From IMG/VR virus record IMGVR_UViG_3300035562_000063, positions 1-29,750 of that record: a stretch of DNA of 29,750 nt; one strand, given 5' to 3'. Positions within the stretch are counted from its first letter, which is position 1, and each line of letters opens with the position of its first letter. The stretch comes from a virus. Taxonomy: Duplodnaviria; Caudoviricetes. The notes beneath the pieces are model-generated. The model ran no database searches, was not told the DNA's origin, and worked only from the letters and a program-made list of their open reading frames with translations. A program made the translations under genes and the position numbers. Positions 1 through 9,139 of this stretch are shown in pieces.

Positions 1-73
1 ATGACACGATGCCCATGTAGTTAAAACCGTCGTTGAACAGGTTCAGGTATTTCAGTTTTTTAGGCAGAGCCAT
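1..73 (-). CDS. FII: Major tail tube protein FII, 5' end (runs off the window)
   Basis: Own translation from ATG at 73: MALPKKLKYLNLFNDGFNYMGIVS, the typical P2 FII N-terminus, directly after the sheath gene. Confidence 0.9.
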   Translation of the reverse strand, partial: MALPKKLKYLNLFNDGFNYMGIVS

Positions 74-87
74 TACTCATCGTCTCC

Positions 88-1257
88 TTAACGGTTCACG
101 GACGCGGCGAACGTCGCCAGATAGCGGTCAGTGATGCGTTGGCGCAGGGTTAAATCTTCCAGCGGCGGCACGGGCGTATAGTCGTAATCAATAAACAGCT
201 TGCCCGCTTTCAGGGTTTCTTTGTCGTTGGCGCTGGCGTCATACCAGCAATCCCCGTCAATAATCAGCCCGGCGGATTTCAGTTCGCGGAATTTGGCTTT
301 GATGCCATCAATCATGTCGCGGACAAGCGTCGGCGTAACCGGACGGTCAACCGCCCACAGGTGCGCTTCGGCCATGGTGTCCGCCAGCACCTGCGCGGTG
401 CGGGTGTAGTTTTCAAACTGGAACAACGGATCGTCAGAACAGGTACGAGAACCCCAGAACTTGAAGCCGTCTTTGCGGATCAGGGTGGTGACACAGGCTT
501 GGTTTAGCAGGTCAGCATCAGTGCCGGGCGCCTGCAAGTCCCAGAACACGCTGGCCGTGATACCGCTCACCCCATTCACACCGACGTTAGACAGGGTTTT
601 GTGCCAACCGGTTTCCGTGTCGATTTTGGCACGCAGGCCCAACGCGCGGGCGGTGGCGTAGGCAATATCGCTTTTGTTGGTGGGAGTGTTCCAGCTCACA
701 AAATCCGGCCAGACAATCATCAGCTCACGCTGGCTGAAATTGGCGCGGTACTTAATCGCATCCTGCACCGTTTTGCAGCCGTAGGCGCTGACATAGCCGA
801 ATGCGCGTAACTGCTGGCAGATACCGGCTAATGCGGTCGCCACTTCCAGCGTGTCATGGCCAGGCACGCCAAGAATGCGCGGTTTAACACCTAACTCCGC
901 CTGGGCAGATAACAGCGCTTTCATGCCGGTATAGCGACCCTCGGCGTTAGCGCCGCCGATGATATTGGAAGTGGTTTCTTTGGCGTCTTTGCCTTCGGCA
1001 ACACGCACAACCACTGTCACCGGTTTTGACTGGTCGGCGATCGCCAACAATGCAGCCGCCAGCGTACCTTTTTTACCGGCTTTGCAGGAGGCGGCCAGCA
1101 CGTCGGTAATCAAAACCGGGGTATTAAGCGGGAATGTTGCCGTGTCGGCATCTTCCGCCGTGCAGACCATGCCGACGATAGCCGTCGAAACGGTGGAAAT
1201 AACGCGGGTGCCGTCGTTGATTTCGACAACACGCACGCCGTGATGATAGTCGCCCAT
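88..1257 (-). CDS. FI: Contractile tail sheath protein FI
   Basis: 389 aa, MGDYHHGVRVVEINDGTR...DYDYTPVPPLEDLTLRQRIT, P2 FI signature. Confidence 0.97.
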   Translation of the reverse strand: MGDYHHGVRVVEINDGTRVISTVSTAIVGMVCTAEDADTATFPLNTPVLITDVLAASCKAGKKGTLAAALLAIADQSKPVTVVVRVAEGKDAKETTSNIIGGANAEGRYTGMKALLSAQAELGVKPRILGVPGHDTLEVATALAGICQQLRAFGYVSAYGCKTVQDAIKYRANFSQRELMIVWPDFVSWNTPTNKSDIAYATARALGLRAKIDTETGWHKTLSNVGVNGVSGITASVFWDLQAPGTDADLLNQACVTTLIRKDGFKFWGSRTCSDDPLFQFENYTRTAQVLADTMAEAHLWAVDRPVTPTLVRDMIDGIKAKFRELKSAGLIIDGDCWYDASANDKETLKAGKLFIDYDYTPVPPLEDLTLRQRITDRYLATFAASVNR

Positions 1258-1330
1258 AAATAGCTTGCTCCGTGGTGGGTTGGTGCAAACATGATGCCGC
1301 GCGGCACGGCAAGCCGCACGTGATGGGTGA

Positions 1331-1348
1331 TGGAAGGCAGACCAGACA
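1331..1348 (-). promoter_or_regulatory. Ogr/B-type late activator site of the F-operon promoter
   Basis: Minus strand TGT-CTGGTCTGCCTT-CCA (TGT-N12-CCA; P2 consensus TGT-N12-ACA) upstream of FI; same motif upstream of V and between O and P. Confidence 0.7.
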
Positions 1349-1506
1349 ACAGGCTGAGCCTGCCAGGGAAGTATTAGAGGCTTACCGATCGTTTTCGCCG
1401 ATCAATCCAGGCGTATTGATCTATGCAATCAATTGGACGGAAATTAGCCGGGCGGGGTATGGTCAATAAACAAGACGCGGCAACATCAGGGAAAACCGCA
1501 AAGCAC

Positions 1507-1538
1507 AAAGCCCGCACTCATTACGATGCGGGCTTTTT
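1507..1538. terminator. Intrinsic terminator hairpin after the tail fibre operon (U-run strongest on + strand)
   Basis: AAAGCCCGCA (1507-1516) / TGCGGGCTTT (1527-1536) inverted repeat with a T run. Confidence 0.8.
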
Positions 1539-1539
1539 C

Positions 1540-2076
1540 TTAGGCGTCGGGAACTGGCGGCCAGTCAATCGCCGGGGCGGTTGAAATATCAAGACGATTG
1601 AGCGCCACACGATATCTTTTCCAGCTTTCCAACCGGACGATTTCTGCAGTGTTCACCATTTTCAAATCTACCGCATCCTGTAGCGGCGCGATCATATTGG
1701 CGGCTGATGCAATGCGGGTTCGCTGCTCAACTCGGGCCTGTTCCTGATGCTCTTCTGACGTGTAAATCCGTTTGGCGATTTTCTTCCCATCAAACACCCA
1801 ACGACCGGAAATATCCAACTGCCGAGCCATGATATTGTTAGGGACTTCTGCGACACTAAGATTAACAGGCCATAGCGAACTAATATCCTCTGAGTAAGAA
1901 CAAATAATGCCTCTTTCATCGAAAGCTATCTTTACTGTGTCTTTCGCAAATAGTTTTTGGCACTGATACCAGTCCTCACCACTATCTGATTTAAGAAATT
2001 GAACATTCAAACCGCGCAGTTCCAATGAAACAACTTTGGGTTCGTAAAGCGTAAAATTATTAAATACTAAACTCAT
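1540..2076 (-). CDS. G: Tail fibre assembly chaperone (G/Tfa-like)
   Basis: Start at ATG 2076 overlapping the H stop (TAATG); C-terminus PLQDAVDL...WKRYRVALNRLDISTAPAIDWP is typical of Tfa. Confidence 0.9.
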   Translation of the reverse strand: MSLVFNNFTLYEPKVVSLELRGLNVQFLKSDSGEDWYQCQKLFAKDTVKIAFDERGIICSYSEDISSLWPVNLSVAEVPNNIMARQLDISGRWVFDGKKIAKRIYTSEEHQEQARVEQRTRIASAANMIAPLQDAVDLKMVNTAEIVRLESWKRYRVALNRLDISTAPAIDWPPVPDA

Positions 2077-4403
2077 TATAATTGACCTATGGTATACCAA
2101 TTATTATTCACGTTACGCTGCAACGCTCGATAAAACAGATTAGTAAAAGTACCATCACCATCCCTTGTAACATCAGCACCAGTGACAACACACCCCGCTG
2201 GCGCTTTAACGCCCCAACGGCCGGGCCCTGTTTGCGCCTCGCCTCCAAGCCTCATATCACGCATGAACGTTCCGTTCACATAGTCAACGGTGGCTCTGCT
2301 ACCAACTTCACGGTTAAAAGTTCCCCAATCAACCCGACCATTAATGTTGTCGTTTAACCAATTGCTTAAATACCCGTTCCACGCGGCCCCATTAATATTC
2401 CCATCTGTTTGATAAGTCGTGTTGCCTACCTTCAGGTTGCCTGCAACGTTGGCATTTCGATCAACCCATAAATCTTCACCAATCGAAACACCTTTATCAG
2501 AACGGAAACTACTAAGTGTTTTCAGCTCACCACCAACAGATACATTGTGACCAAAATTTACATGCCCACCTTTCACATCAACAGAAAACGGACGCAATCC
2601 GTTTTCTGTGCCGTACTGGTTTTTCGCATTCGTCACCATCAAATACAAGCTGTTGCCATCGTTACGCCAGAACGTGCCGTAATCACCACCGACAATACGA
2701 TAATTATCAATAGAGGTTGATTGAATTTCAGCAGAGGTTTTTACTATGCCGGTCAATTGGCCGCCGGACTTCATTAAATAACGTCCGTCCGCCTCTGATT
2801 TATTCCAGGCGTTAACGTCCCCCGCCAATAGATTGACGTCACCGGATAGCGGCTTGCCATTGACCTTATACGATCGCAAGGCGTATTTCTGCGCGGCTTG
2901 TGCATCCGTTAACGCCCCCACATCCGCAGCCGTAGGCTTATTATTGGTGTGATAGAGCTTTACAAAGTCTGAGTATTTTTTTGCATCCGCAGAGCGTAGC
3001 CAAAAGTTGTTAGTGGCCTTTTCTGATAATAACTGGATGCCCCGGTGTTCTGTTGCACTGAAATTTACCAGCGTAGAATAAGGTTGAGCGGGATAATCTT
3101 TGGTATACGGATCGTCAAATTCAAGTGTTGATAAACTGATCCCCTGCTTCCACAACGCTGGAACATCTGCCATTGCTCGCAACGGCTGCGTTGGTAACAC
3201 TGTCGCGCCATCAATCACAAGCTGGCCGGTCATAGTGTCGCCCGTCCGCTTAACAAAACGGCCGTCCGCCTCGGTTTTATTCCATGCGTTAACGTCTGCA
3301 GCCAACAGATTAACATCGGCGGACAACGGTTTGCCGTTCACCTTGATAGAGCGCTGGACATACTTTTGCACGGCCTGCGCGTCGGTCAGCGCCCCCACAT
3401 CGGCCGCCGTCGGCTTGTAATCCGTGGTGTAAATACGTGACCAACGCACCCCATTTTCCGGCCTATTGGAATAGCCGATAAAGCCATGGCCTACACCTGA
3501 CACCGCAATATAACCCGCTGACGGCGCAGCATCGCAAGGCAGGCTAATAACCCCGGCAGCAATGTTACCGCTGATCGGTGGCTTGTTTTCTGATGACGCA
3601 TTAACCCGGAAAATTTGCGCGATATTTGAATAGGCATCATCAAATTGCCGTCCCCCCATACCCAGCCCAAACGCCCCCACGGCCATCACCTGCCCGCCCT
3701 CAACACCGACGTTTTTCGTTGCAGCACTGCCTAACGCCAGATTGCCACGGGCGGCGGATTTGTCGGTCAGGTCGGACAGATTGGCGGACTTTTTGGCGCT
3801 GGCATCGTTGACGGCTTTAACGGCCTTCGGTGTGGCGGCCCTGGTTTCTTCCGCGCTGGTTGTTGCGCTACTCAATTGCACCAACCCTTTTGCGGTGGTG
3901 CTGGCGTCCGGGTGGTTGCGGGTTTTCTCATGCTCTTTGATGGCGTCCGCAACGAAATCCTTGGTTGCCAGCACAGTATCGCCCCCTGCGATCACCTGAA
4001 TAGCCTCAGTGCTGCTGACAATCAGGATCATGCGCAGCGTCTGCGTGCGCCCACTGCCCTCCTCCAGCTTGGGTTTGTAGCTTTCGGCCATGTTGCTGAC
4101 CGCAATCAGCGTGCCGAAATCGTCATACAGCCCCATTTCACGCAACCAGAATCCGCCGACGTTCGCCGGGACAATCAACTCCGCCACGATATGATTTTTC
4201 AGCGTCTTATCAACGGTCAGCCCGTTAAGGGTCGCCCGGTACTTCTCATTGATCAGCCTGGTCTGTGCCGGGTTCGGAGTGGGTAACGTGCCGTTACCGT
4301 CACCGACGGCCATGCGAGTGATTTTTAACTGGGTACCACCGGTCGACGCGGCGGCAATCCTGGCCGCCCCGGCGGTGGTAATAATCGCTTTATATTTGCT
4401 CAT
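2076..4403 (-). CDS. H: Tail fibre protein H
   Basis: 775 aa; P2 H N-terminus (MAVGDGNG...GGFWLREMGLYD...SYKPKLEEGSGRTQTLRM, HPDASTTAKGLVQLSS) with a variable repeat-containing C-terminus. Confidence 0.95.
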   Translation of the reverse strand: MSKYKAIITTAGAARIAAASTGGTQLKITRMAVGDGNGTLPTPNPAQTRLINEKYRATLNGLTVDKTLKNHIVAELIVPANVGGFWLREMGLYDDFGTLIAVSNMAESYKPKLEEGSGRTQTLRMILIVSSTEAIQVIAGGDTVLATKDFVADAIKEHEKTRNHPDASTTAKGLVQLSSATTSAEETRAATPKAVKAVNDASAKKSANLSDLTDKSAARGNLALGSAATKNVGVEGGQVMAVGAFGLGMGGRQFDDAYSNIAQIFRVNASSENKPPISGNIAAGVISLPCDAAPSAGYIAVSGVGHGFIGYSNRPENGVRWSRIYTTDYKPTAADVGALTDAQAVQKYVQRSIKVNGKPLSADVNLLAADVNAWNKTEADGRFVKRTGDTMTGQLVIDGATVLPTQPLRAMADVPALWKQGISLSTLEFDDPYTKDYPAQPYSTLVNFSATEHRGIQLLSEKATNNFWLRSADAKKYSDFVKLYHTNNKPTAADVGALTDAQAAQKYALRSYKVNGKPLSGDVNLLAGDVNAWNKSEADGRYLMKSGGQLTGIVKTSAEIQSTSIDNYRIVGGDYGTFWRNDGNSLYLMVTNAKNQYGTENGLRPFSVDVKGGHVNFGHNVSVGGELKTLSSFRSDKGVSIGEDLWVDRNANVAGNLKVGNTTYQTDGNINGAAWNGYLSNWLNDNINGRVDWGTFNREVGSRATVDYVNGTFMRDMRLGGEAQTGPGRWGVKAPAGCVVTGADVTRDGDGTFTNLFYRALQRNVNNNWYTIGQL
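2778..3416 (-). repeat. Two ~54-aa direct repeats inside the tail fibre (about 3256-3416 and 2778-2939)
   Basis: KPTAADVGALTDAQAVQKYVQRSIKVNGKPLSADVNLLAADVNAWNKTEADGRF vs KPTAADVGALTDAQAAQKYALRSYKVNGKPLSGDVNLLAGDVNAWNKSEADGRY, 477 nt apart. Confidence 0.9.
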
Positions 4404-4412
4404 GGTTCTCTC

Positions 4413-4940
4413 TTATCCGGGGTAAACGGTGGTGACATCGCCATCAACAACGGCCGCGCCGGTATAAATCAGACCGGGGATGTCCTGCAGAATGTTGAGG
4501 CCAATCAGATGACGGCTCAGGGGCTTGGCGTCGGCGATCAGCCGCTCCATTTCTAAATACATTTCTTCCGTGATGCCGGTTTCCAATACGCCAATATCCA
4601 GCCGAAAGGTACCTGGCGGATCGTTGCCGTGAAACCATTCGGTGACGTTAATCAGGTAGCCGAGCGGCTCAACCACGCGTCGCACGGCCCCGATGGTGCC
4701 TTTATGGCGGTGAATGAAAAACGCCGCTGCGACCACACCGCGCTTTGCATCCTCTGGCCACGCCTCATCCCAGCGGTCAACGGAAAACGCCCACGCCAGA
4801 TAGGGCAGCAAATGCACCGGGCAACGGGCCGGGTTCCACAATTCGCGCAGCGGTACCGGCATCCGTTCCAGCTCCGCACAGGCCGTGGCGGCGGCCACTT
4901 CTAGCGGGGAAGAGCCGACCGGCAATAATCGGTTATTCAT
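4413..4940 (-). CDS. I: Baseplate/tail protein I
   Basis: MNNRLLPVGSSPLE...LLPYLAWAFSVDRWDE...HRHKGTIGA; start moved to ATG 4940. Confidence 0.95.
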   Translation of the reverse strand: MNNRLLPVGSSPLEVAAATACAELERMPVPLRELWNPARCPVHLLPYLAWAFSVDRWDEAWPEDAKRGVVAAAFFIHRHKGTIGAVRRVVEPLGYLINVTEWFHGNDPPGTFRLDIGVLETGITEEMYLEMERLIADAKPLSRHLIGLNILQDIPGLIYTGAAVVDGDVTTVYPG

Positions 4941-5841
4941 CGGCACGCCCCGGATTGATGGTGAAGCCGGTGCAATAGCCCGCCTGCATCTTATCCAGCA
5001 CGATATCGGCCGCCGGTTTGATGATGTCTACATGCTCGACACCTTCCACGGTCAACGCCGCATTCATGCTGGAGCGCCGGATACTGCGCCCCAACCGGCG
5101 CACACCTTCCACGTAATTGCGTAGCCTGGCATTGGCAGTGGTGAGAATGGGCGCAACCTCAGGGCCAGGATGCAGATATAACGTAGCTTCAATGGCATAG
5201 CGGGTAATGTTGGCCGACTGGACCACCACCCGATCACCAACCGGGCGCACATCCTCATCATTCAGAGCAGTATTAACCGTTGCCAACAGCTCAGCGGGTG
5301 CGGTGCCATCGCCATCACGTGACAACACCGTCACGGTGATGCAGGCCGGTGACGGGCTAATGGCGGTCACATCGGCCACACGGCCATCAGCAGAACGGGC
5401 ATGAAAGCGGTAAGAGCCTGCCGAACCGGCGGTACTCATGCCTTCAAAGGCATCCTGCAGGCGTAACCGATAATCGTCGTCCGACTCCATAAGGGCCGGT
5501 GTCGGCGGGATAGTGGTTTCATCCTCCTGGACGATCACCAGACGCGGGGTGTTAAAATTCGCGCCGAGCTGGTCAAGATCGGCTCCGGTGGCATAAGCCA
5601 GCATCACAGCCTTTGCGGCATCGTTGATGCGCTGGCGCAGAATCACTTCACGATAGGCATTTTCCTGCAACAGCTTCACGATTGGCTCCGACTCCAGCGC
5701 CAGCGTGCGACTGATGGCCTCGCGCTCCGCCTCGGGGTAGAGTGAAATCAGCGTGGTTTTTCGCTCGGTCAGCAGTGCCTCATAGTCCAGCGTTTCAACG
5801 ACTGTCGGCGCAGGAAGAAGGCTTAAATTTATCGTTGCCAT
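4933..5841 (-). CDS. J: Baseplate assembly protein J
   Basis: MATINLSLLPAP...LESEPIVKLLQENAYRE...VRPVGDRV. Confidence 0.96.
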   Translation of the reverse strand: MATINLSLLPAPTVVETLDYEALLTERKTTLISLYPEAEREAISRTLALESEPIVKLLQENAYREVILRQRINDAAKAVMLAYATGADLDQLGANFNTPRLVIVQEDETTIPPTPALMESDDDYRLRLQDAFEGMSTAGSAGSYRFHARSADGRVADVTAISPSPACITVTVLSRDGDGTAPAELLATVNTALNDEDVRPVGDRVVVQSANITRYAIEATLYLHPGPEVAPILTTANARLRNYVEGVRRLGRSIRRSSMNAALTVEGVEHVDIIKPAADIVLDKMQAGYCTGFTINPGRADE

Positions 5842-5844
5842 AGT

Positions 5845-6195
5845 TCAGCTCACAGGAATAGACAGCGACAACGCGCCGGGTGTATCGGTGCGGGTGCCGG
5901 TGATGTCGATCACCATCTTGCCGTCGTAGGTAGTGTTAAAAGTGATGCCGGTCAGCTTTACGCGCGGCTCCCATGCCAGAATCGCGCTGTAACAGGCGGC
6001 CATGATTTGCAGGCGCAGCGTGTCATTTTGCGGCTGGTCGAGCAGCTCAGACAACAAAGAGCCATAGGCCCGGCGCATGGGGCGTGAGCCTTGCGGCGTG
6101 ATCAGGATGTCGGCCACAGACTGGCGGATGTGTTCGATATCTGCCAATGCACGCCCGGTGCCGCGGTTCATGCCGAGATATTTCGCGCTGTTCAT
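5845..6195 (-). CDS. W: Baseplate protein W (gp25-like)
   Basis: HIRQSVADILITPQGSRPMRRAYGS...WEPRV. Confidence 0.95.
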   Translation of the reverse strand: MNSAKYLGMNRGTGRALADIEHIRQSVADILITPQGSRPMRRAYGSLLSELLDQPQNDTLRLQIMAACYSAILAWEPRVKLTGITFNTTYDGKMVIDITGTRTDTPGALSLSIPVS

Positions 6196-6821
6196 GACGG
6201 TTTATCCGTGCTGCCGCCGCCGTTCTGTACGCCGCCGTGTGTGTGCCTATCAAGGACGATGCCGTTAGATGAAAACTCACCGCCGGTATGTTGAATGCTG
6301 CCGGTCATCTTCCCGCCGCTTTTCACCTCCAGCGTGCCGGTTGTCAACTTGTTGGTACAAACTACCTCCGGGGCATCAAGGGTGATTTTGTGAGCCTTGA
6401 CCATCACCACCTTAGAACTGGCGGTGATCGACTCTGACGCCTGCACATTGGCGGTTTTAATGCCGGTCACACTCAGCCCGCCGGTGGCCGGTTCATACTC
6501 CAGCACCGCGCCATCAGGGAAAGTAATATGCAGCGCATCTGCCGACACCGACGGAGCCGGGAAGTCATCAGAGAAAATGCCGCACAGCACAAAAGCGGTA
6601 TCGAGTTCACCACCCAGGGCAAAGATCAGCACCTGCTCACCGACGGAAGGCGCCGACCAACTGCGGGTACGCCCGGCGCGGAAAGTTAGCCAATTCAGCC
6701 AGTCAGTGAGGTTGCCGCCAGTTTCGACACGGCACAGGGTGTTATCGAGATCAACGGCGTTCACGGTGCCGATGCGGATCAGGTTGCGCAGCAGGCGCAA
6801 AATGTCGTATTGATTGTTCAT
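6192..6821 (-). CDS. V: Baseplate spike protein V
   Basis: Start at ATG 6821 (MNNQYDILRLLRNLIRIGTV); PSVGEQV motif and C-terminal HTH (His-Thr-His) metal motif. Confidence 0.95.
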   Translation of the reverse strand: MNNQYDILRLLRNLIRIGTVNAVDLDNTLCRVETGGNLTDWLNWLTFRAGRTRSWSAPSVGEQVLIFALGGELDTAFVLCGIFSDDFPAPSVSADALHITFPDGAVLEYEPATGGLSVTGIKTANVQASESITASSKVVMVKAHKITLDAPEVVCTNKLTTGTLEVKSGGKMTGSIQHTGGEFSSNGIVLDRHTHGGVQNGGGSTDKPS

Positions 6822-6867
6822 GCTGGAAGGATGCCGTGCAGCACGGGCAACGACAACGTAAGGGGGT

Positions 6868-6885
6868 TGGAAGATCAATTGCACA
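6868..6885 (-). promoter_or_regulatory. Ogr/B-type late activator site of the V promoter
   Basis: Minus strand TGT-GCAATTGATCTT-CCA upstream of V. Confidence 0.72.
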
Positions 6886-6937
6886 ACAATGAATGTATTA
6901 CTCACAACATGTTAAATTTACTTCAAGGAGAGATGCT

Positions 6938-7738
6938 ATGTTTATAATCGGAGAGACAACTGCTGAATGGGTGAGAGTTTTATTGGCAGCAATTCTTATC
7001 ATACTAACTGTTTGGCGCTGCGGTGGCATATCTGTTTTATTCAGAATAATACTCAGAGCTATAGGAATAAATTTCAAAAAAGGGATCCTGCAAAAGTCCG
7101 ATGACGAAATATTTTACACCCAAAAATTCGCGTTACTTAATGGTGTAAAAGTCAAGAACACACAAGACGCAAAATTAATAGCAAAGGGGTTGTTATCAGG
7201 ACAGTTATCACGGGGGGATTTTTTCTTCACAACATTCTTTGGCCTCGTAGGAAGAAAAGGTAACAAATTTGAACAATGCCTCTTATTTATCATAGGTGCA
7301 ATCTTTATATCCTTAATTTTCTTCATGCTAAACGGCCTCCCCAAGGTAGGCTATGCAACTTACACCTACAATGAAACCAAATTAGAAATCTCCATAAACG
7401 ACATAAAAATACCACAACCAACCACTAAGACCGACCAGATAATTGACAGAGACGAATGTATAGACATAGTCAAAAATCACCCGCACGATATATATCGAGC
7501 CGCATGTGAATACATCGTTTTAGACAGCAAGGAAAAACAAGAAGAGTTAGTCAACGCAATAAACTCTTGGAGTGAACCAAGAGTATTTCTGCTCATACTG
7601 TTAGCTCTAAGCGGCATCATTATTTTTTGTGGTTTATTTGGAGCAATAAACCATAATAAGGTTAGTAATTTTTTACTGAAAAACAAAAAACAAACCAACG
7701 AAGAACATATTACTATTACTCAGCAAGATGATATATAA
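6938..7738 (+). CDS. AT-rich moron: multi-pass membrane protein of unknown function (position of P2 orf30)
   Basis: AGGAG at 6926-6930 before ATG 6938; three hydrophobic segments flanking a Cys-containing loop; opposite strand to the late genes; possible extended -10 TGTTAAATT at 6910-6918. Confidence 0.8.
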   Translation: MFIIGETTAEWVRVLLAAILIILTVWRCGGISVLFRIILRAIGINFKKGILQKSDDEIFYTQKFALLNGVKVKNTQDAKLIAKGLLSGQLSRGDFFFTTFFGLVGRKGNKFEQCLLFIIGAIFISLIFFMLNGLPKVGYATYTYNETKLEISINDIKIPQPTTKTDQIIDRDECIDIVKNHPHDIYRAACEYIVLDSKEKQEELVNAINSWSEPRVFLLILLALSGIIIFCGLFGAINHNKVSNFLLKNKKQTNEEHITITQQDDI

Positions 7739-8152
7739 TTGTTTCCTCTATAGTTTTAATATCTCTAATTGAATACCCCAGCAATGGGCGGGCCTCATAT
7801 TTTACTGTATCGATGTGCTGTGACGGCTGTTCGCGCAAGCCGTAATGATGTACGTTAGCCATTCGCTGCACATGCCCGACGAACTCCACCACGGCATCGT
7901 CGTTGCTACCCTTGGCTTTCATGTAACGGGCGGTGCGCAGCTTAGAGAACATCGCCCGATCACGCAGGCGCTTTGTATTGCGCAACGGCGTTTTACGCGG
8001 GGCATACGGGGTGCCTGCTGGCGCTTGATATTTTGCTGTTGGCTGGCGCGTAAACGCCTGGACACAGCAACCGCCAACGACTTGCGGGACTGTGGCGACA
8101 ACGCGGTAATCAGCCCGGCCAGACGGGCGTCAAAGGGGCTAAACTCGTTCAT
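7716..8152 (-). pseudogene. S: Tail completion protein S, frameshifted
   Basis: N-half (MNEFSPFD...QNIKRQQAP) and C-half (YAPRK..LRNTKR..MFSKLRTARYMK...VHHYGL...YEARPLLG) are in different frames; conserved PDGTPY is broken near 8008-8015. Confidence 0.82.
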
Positions 8153-8615
8153 TCCACTCACTCACTAATTCACCGTGTACAAAGAGCTGCAGCGGGCGCG
8201 TGACGTTTTCCGGCAACGGGGGTTCAGGTAGGTGCTTAACGTGCAGTGCACCGCCGTCTTGCTCGTTGACCACCACACGCTCGGTTAACTGCAGGGATAC
8301 GCTGAAATCGTAAGAGCCGTTGTTATTAAAATCCGTGGCAAAGGTAAAGCCGGTACGGCGTTTTTCTGGCGTGGCCATAATATCCGGTTGGTTTTCACGT
8401 AGCCACGCCTGTATCGGCACCACGATTAAATCCAGATCGCCGGTGTAATCCAGAAACAGCAGATTCAACGTGTAGCTGTACTCATGCGACAGCGAGGCTG
8501 CAAGCGTGGAGGCAATATTCCCCCCCGGCACCCGTACCTGTAGATTTTCGGGATTACGTTGTAACCATTGAAGGCAATTTGTCAGCTCAGCGCGGAGCTG
8601 TTGCGGTTTTAACAT
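8139..8615 (-). CDS. R: Tail completion protein R
   Basis: Start ATG 8615 MLKPQQLR...SLSHEYSYTLNL...WLRENQPD...LTERV. Confidence 0.93.
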   Translation of the reverse strand: MLKPQQLRAELTNCLQWLQRNPENLQVRVPGGNIASTLAASLSHEYSYTLNLLFLDYTGDLDLIVVPIQAWLRENQPDIMATPEKRRTGFTFATDFNNNGSYDFSVSLQLTERVVVNEQDGGALHVKHLPEPPLPENVTRPLQLFVHGELVSEWNERV

Positions 8616-8868
8616 GGTGTTGTTCCTGACAAGTTTTAATGGCGTCGACCTGTATGGCACAGGCCGCCAGGGCGTTTTCAAGCTGGCGAATATCGGCGCT
8701 CAAATCGCCGTTATTCTTCGGGCTGCTGGCCGGTATCTGGCACGGGTTCACCGCCTGACAGCCAATGTAGATAATCTGCGGCACGGGTGAAGCTGGGCCG
8801 CTGGTGCAGCCGGGTAACGTCAGCAGGCAAAGGAGTGTTAAACCAATCGCGTAGAATTTGGTTTTCAT
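8587..8868 (-). CDS. lysC: Outer-membrane spanin lipoprotein (LysC/Rz1-like)
   Basis: Signal peptide with lipobox LPGC, Pro-rich, overlaps the lysB 3' end; NGDL and LAACAIQVDAIKTCQ motifs. Confidence 0.85.
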   Translation of the reverse strand: MKTKFYAIGLTLLCLLTLPGCTSGPASPVPQIIYIGCQAVNPCQIPASSPKNNGDLSADIRQLENALAACAIQVDAIKTCQEQHHVKTATAPR

Positions 8869-9139
8869 TGAGTAATCTCTGTATTTCTTGTTCGCGGGTC
8901 AGCGCCAGCCGGTGCGCGTTGTTGAGGTCATTTCTCAGGCTTTTCTCTTCCTGCGCCAGTTGGCCGGCCGCTGTCTGCAACGTGGTGATCGCCATGCGGG
9001 TATCGGTCAGCGCCGTCGAAATCCTGCTGTTTTCCCGCAGCGCTTCATCCAGCCGATCACCCAGGGAAAAAACCTGCCATTTAAGCCAACCTGCGACGGC
9101 CAACGTCAGGAGCAGGAACAGCGCGGCAGTGCGATTCAT
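8711..9139 (-). CDS. lysB: Inner-membrane spanin LysB
   Basis: N-terminal TM helix, coiled coil, LLNENQILRDWFNTPLPADV motif. Confidence 0.9.
   Translation of the reverse strand: MNRTAALFLLLTLAVAGWLKWQVFSLGDRLDEALRENSRISTALTDTRMAITTLQTAAGQLAQEEKSLRNDLNNAHRLALTREQEIQRLLNENQILRDWFNTPLPADVTRLHQRPSFTRAADYLHWLSGGEPVPDTGQQPEE

Noticed and set aside
1272-1469. 65-aa + strand ORF between FI and G
   Set aside because: No RBS or recognisable motif; overlaps the F late promoter
1540-4403. Invertible tail-fibre cassette
   Set aside because: No invertase gene, second fibre tip or flanking inverted sites seen
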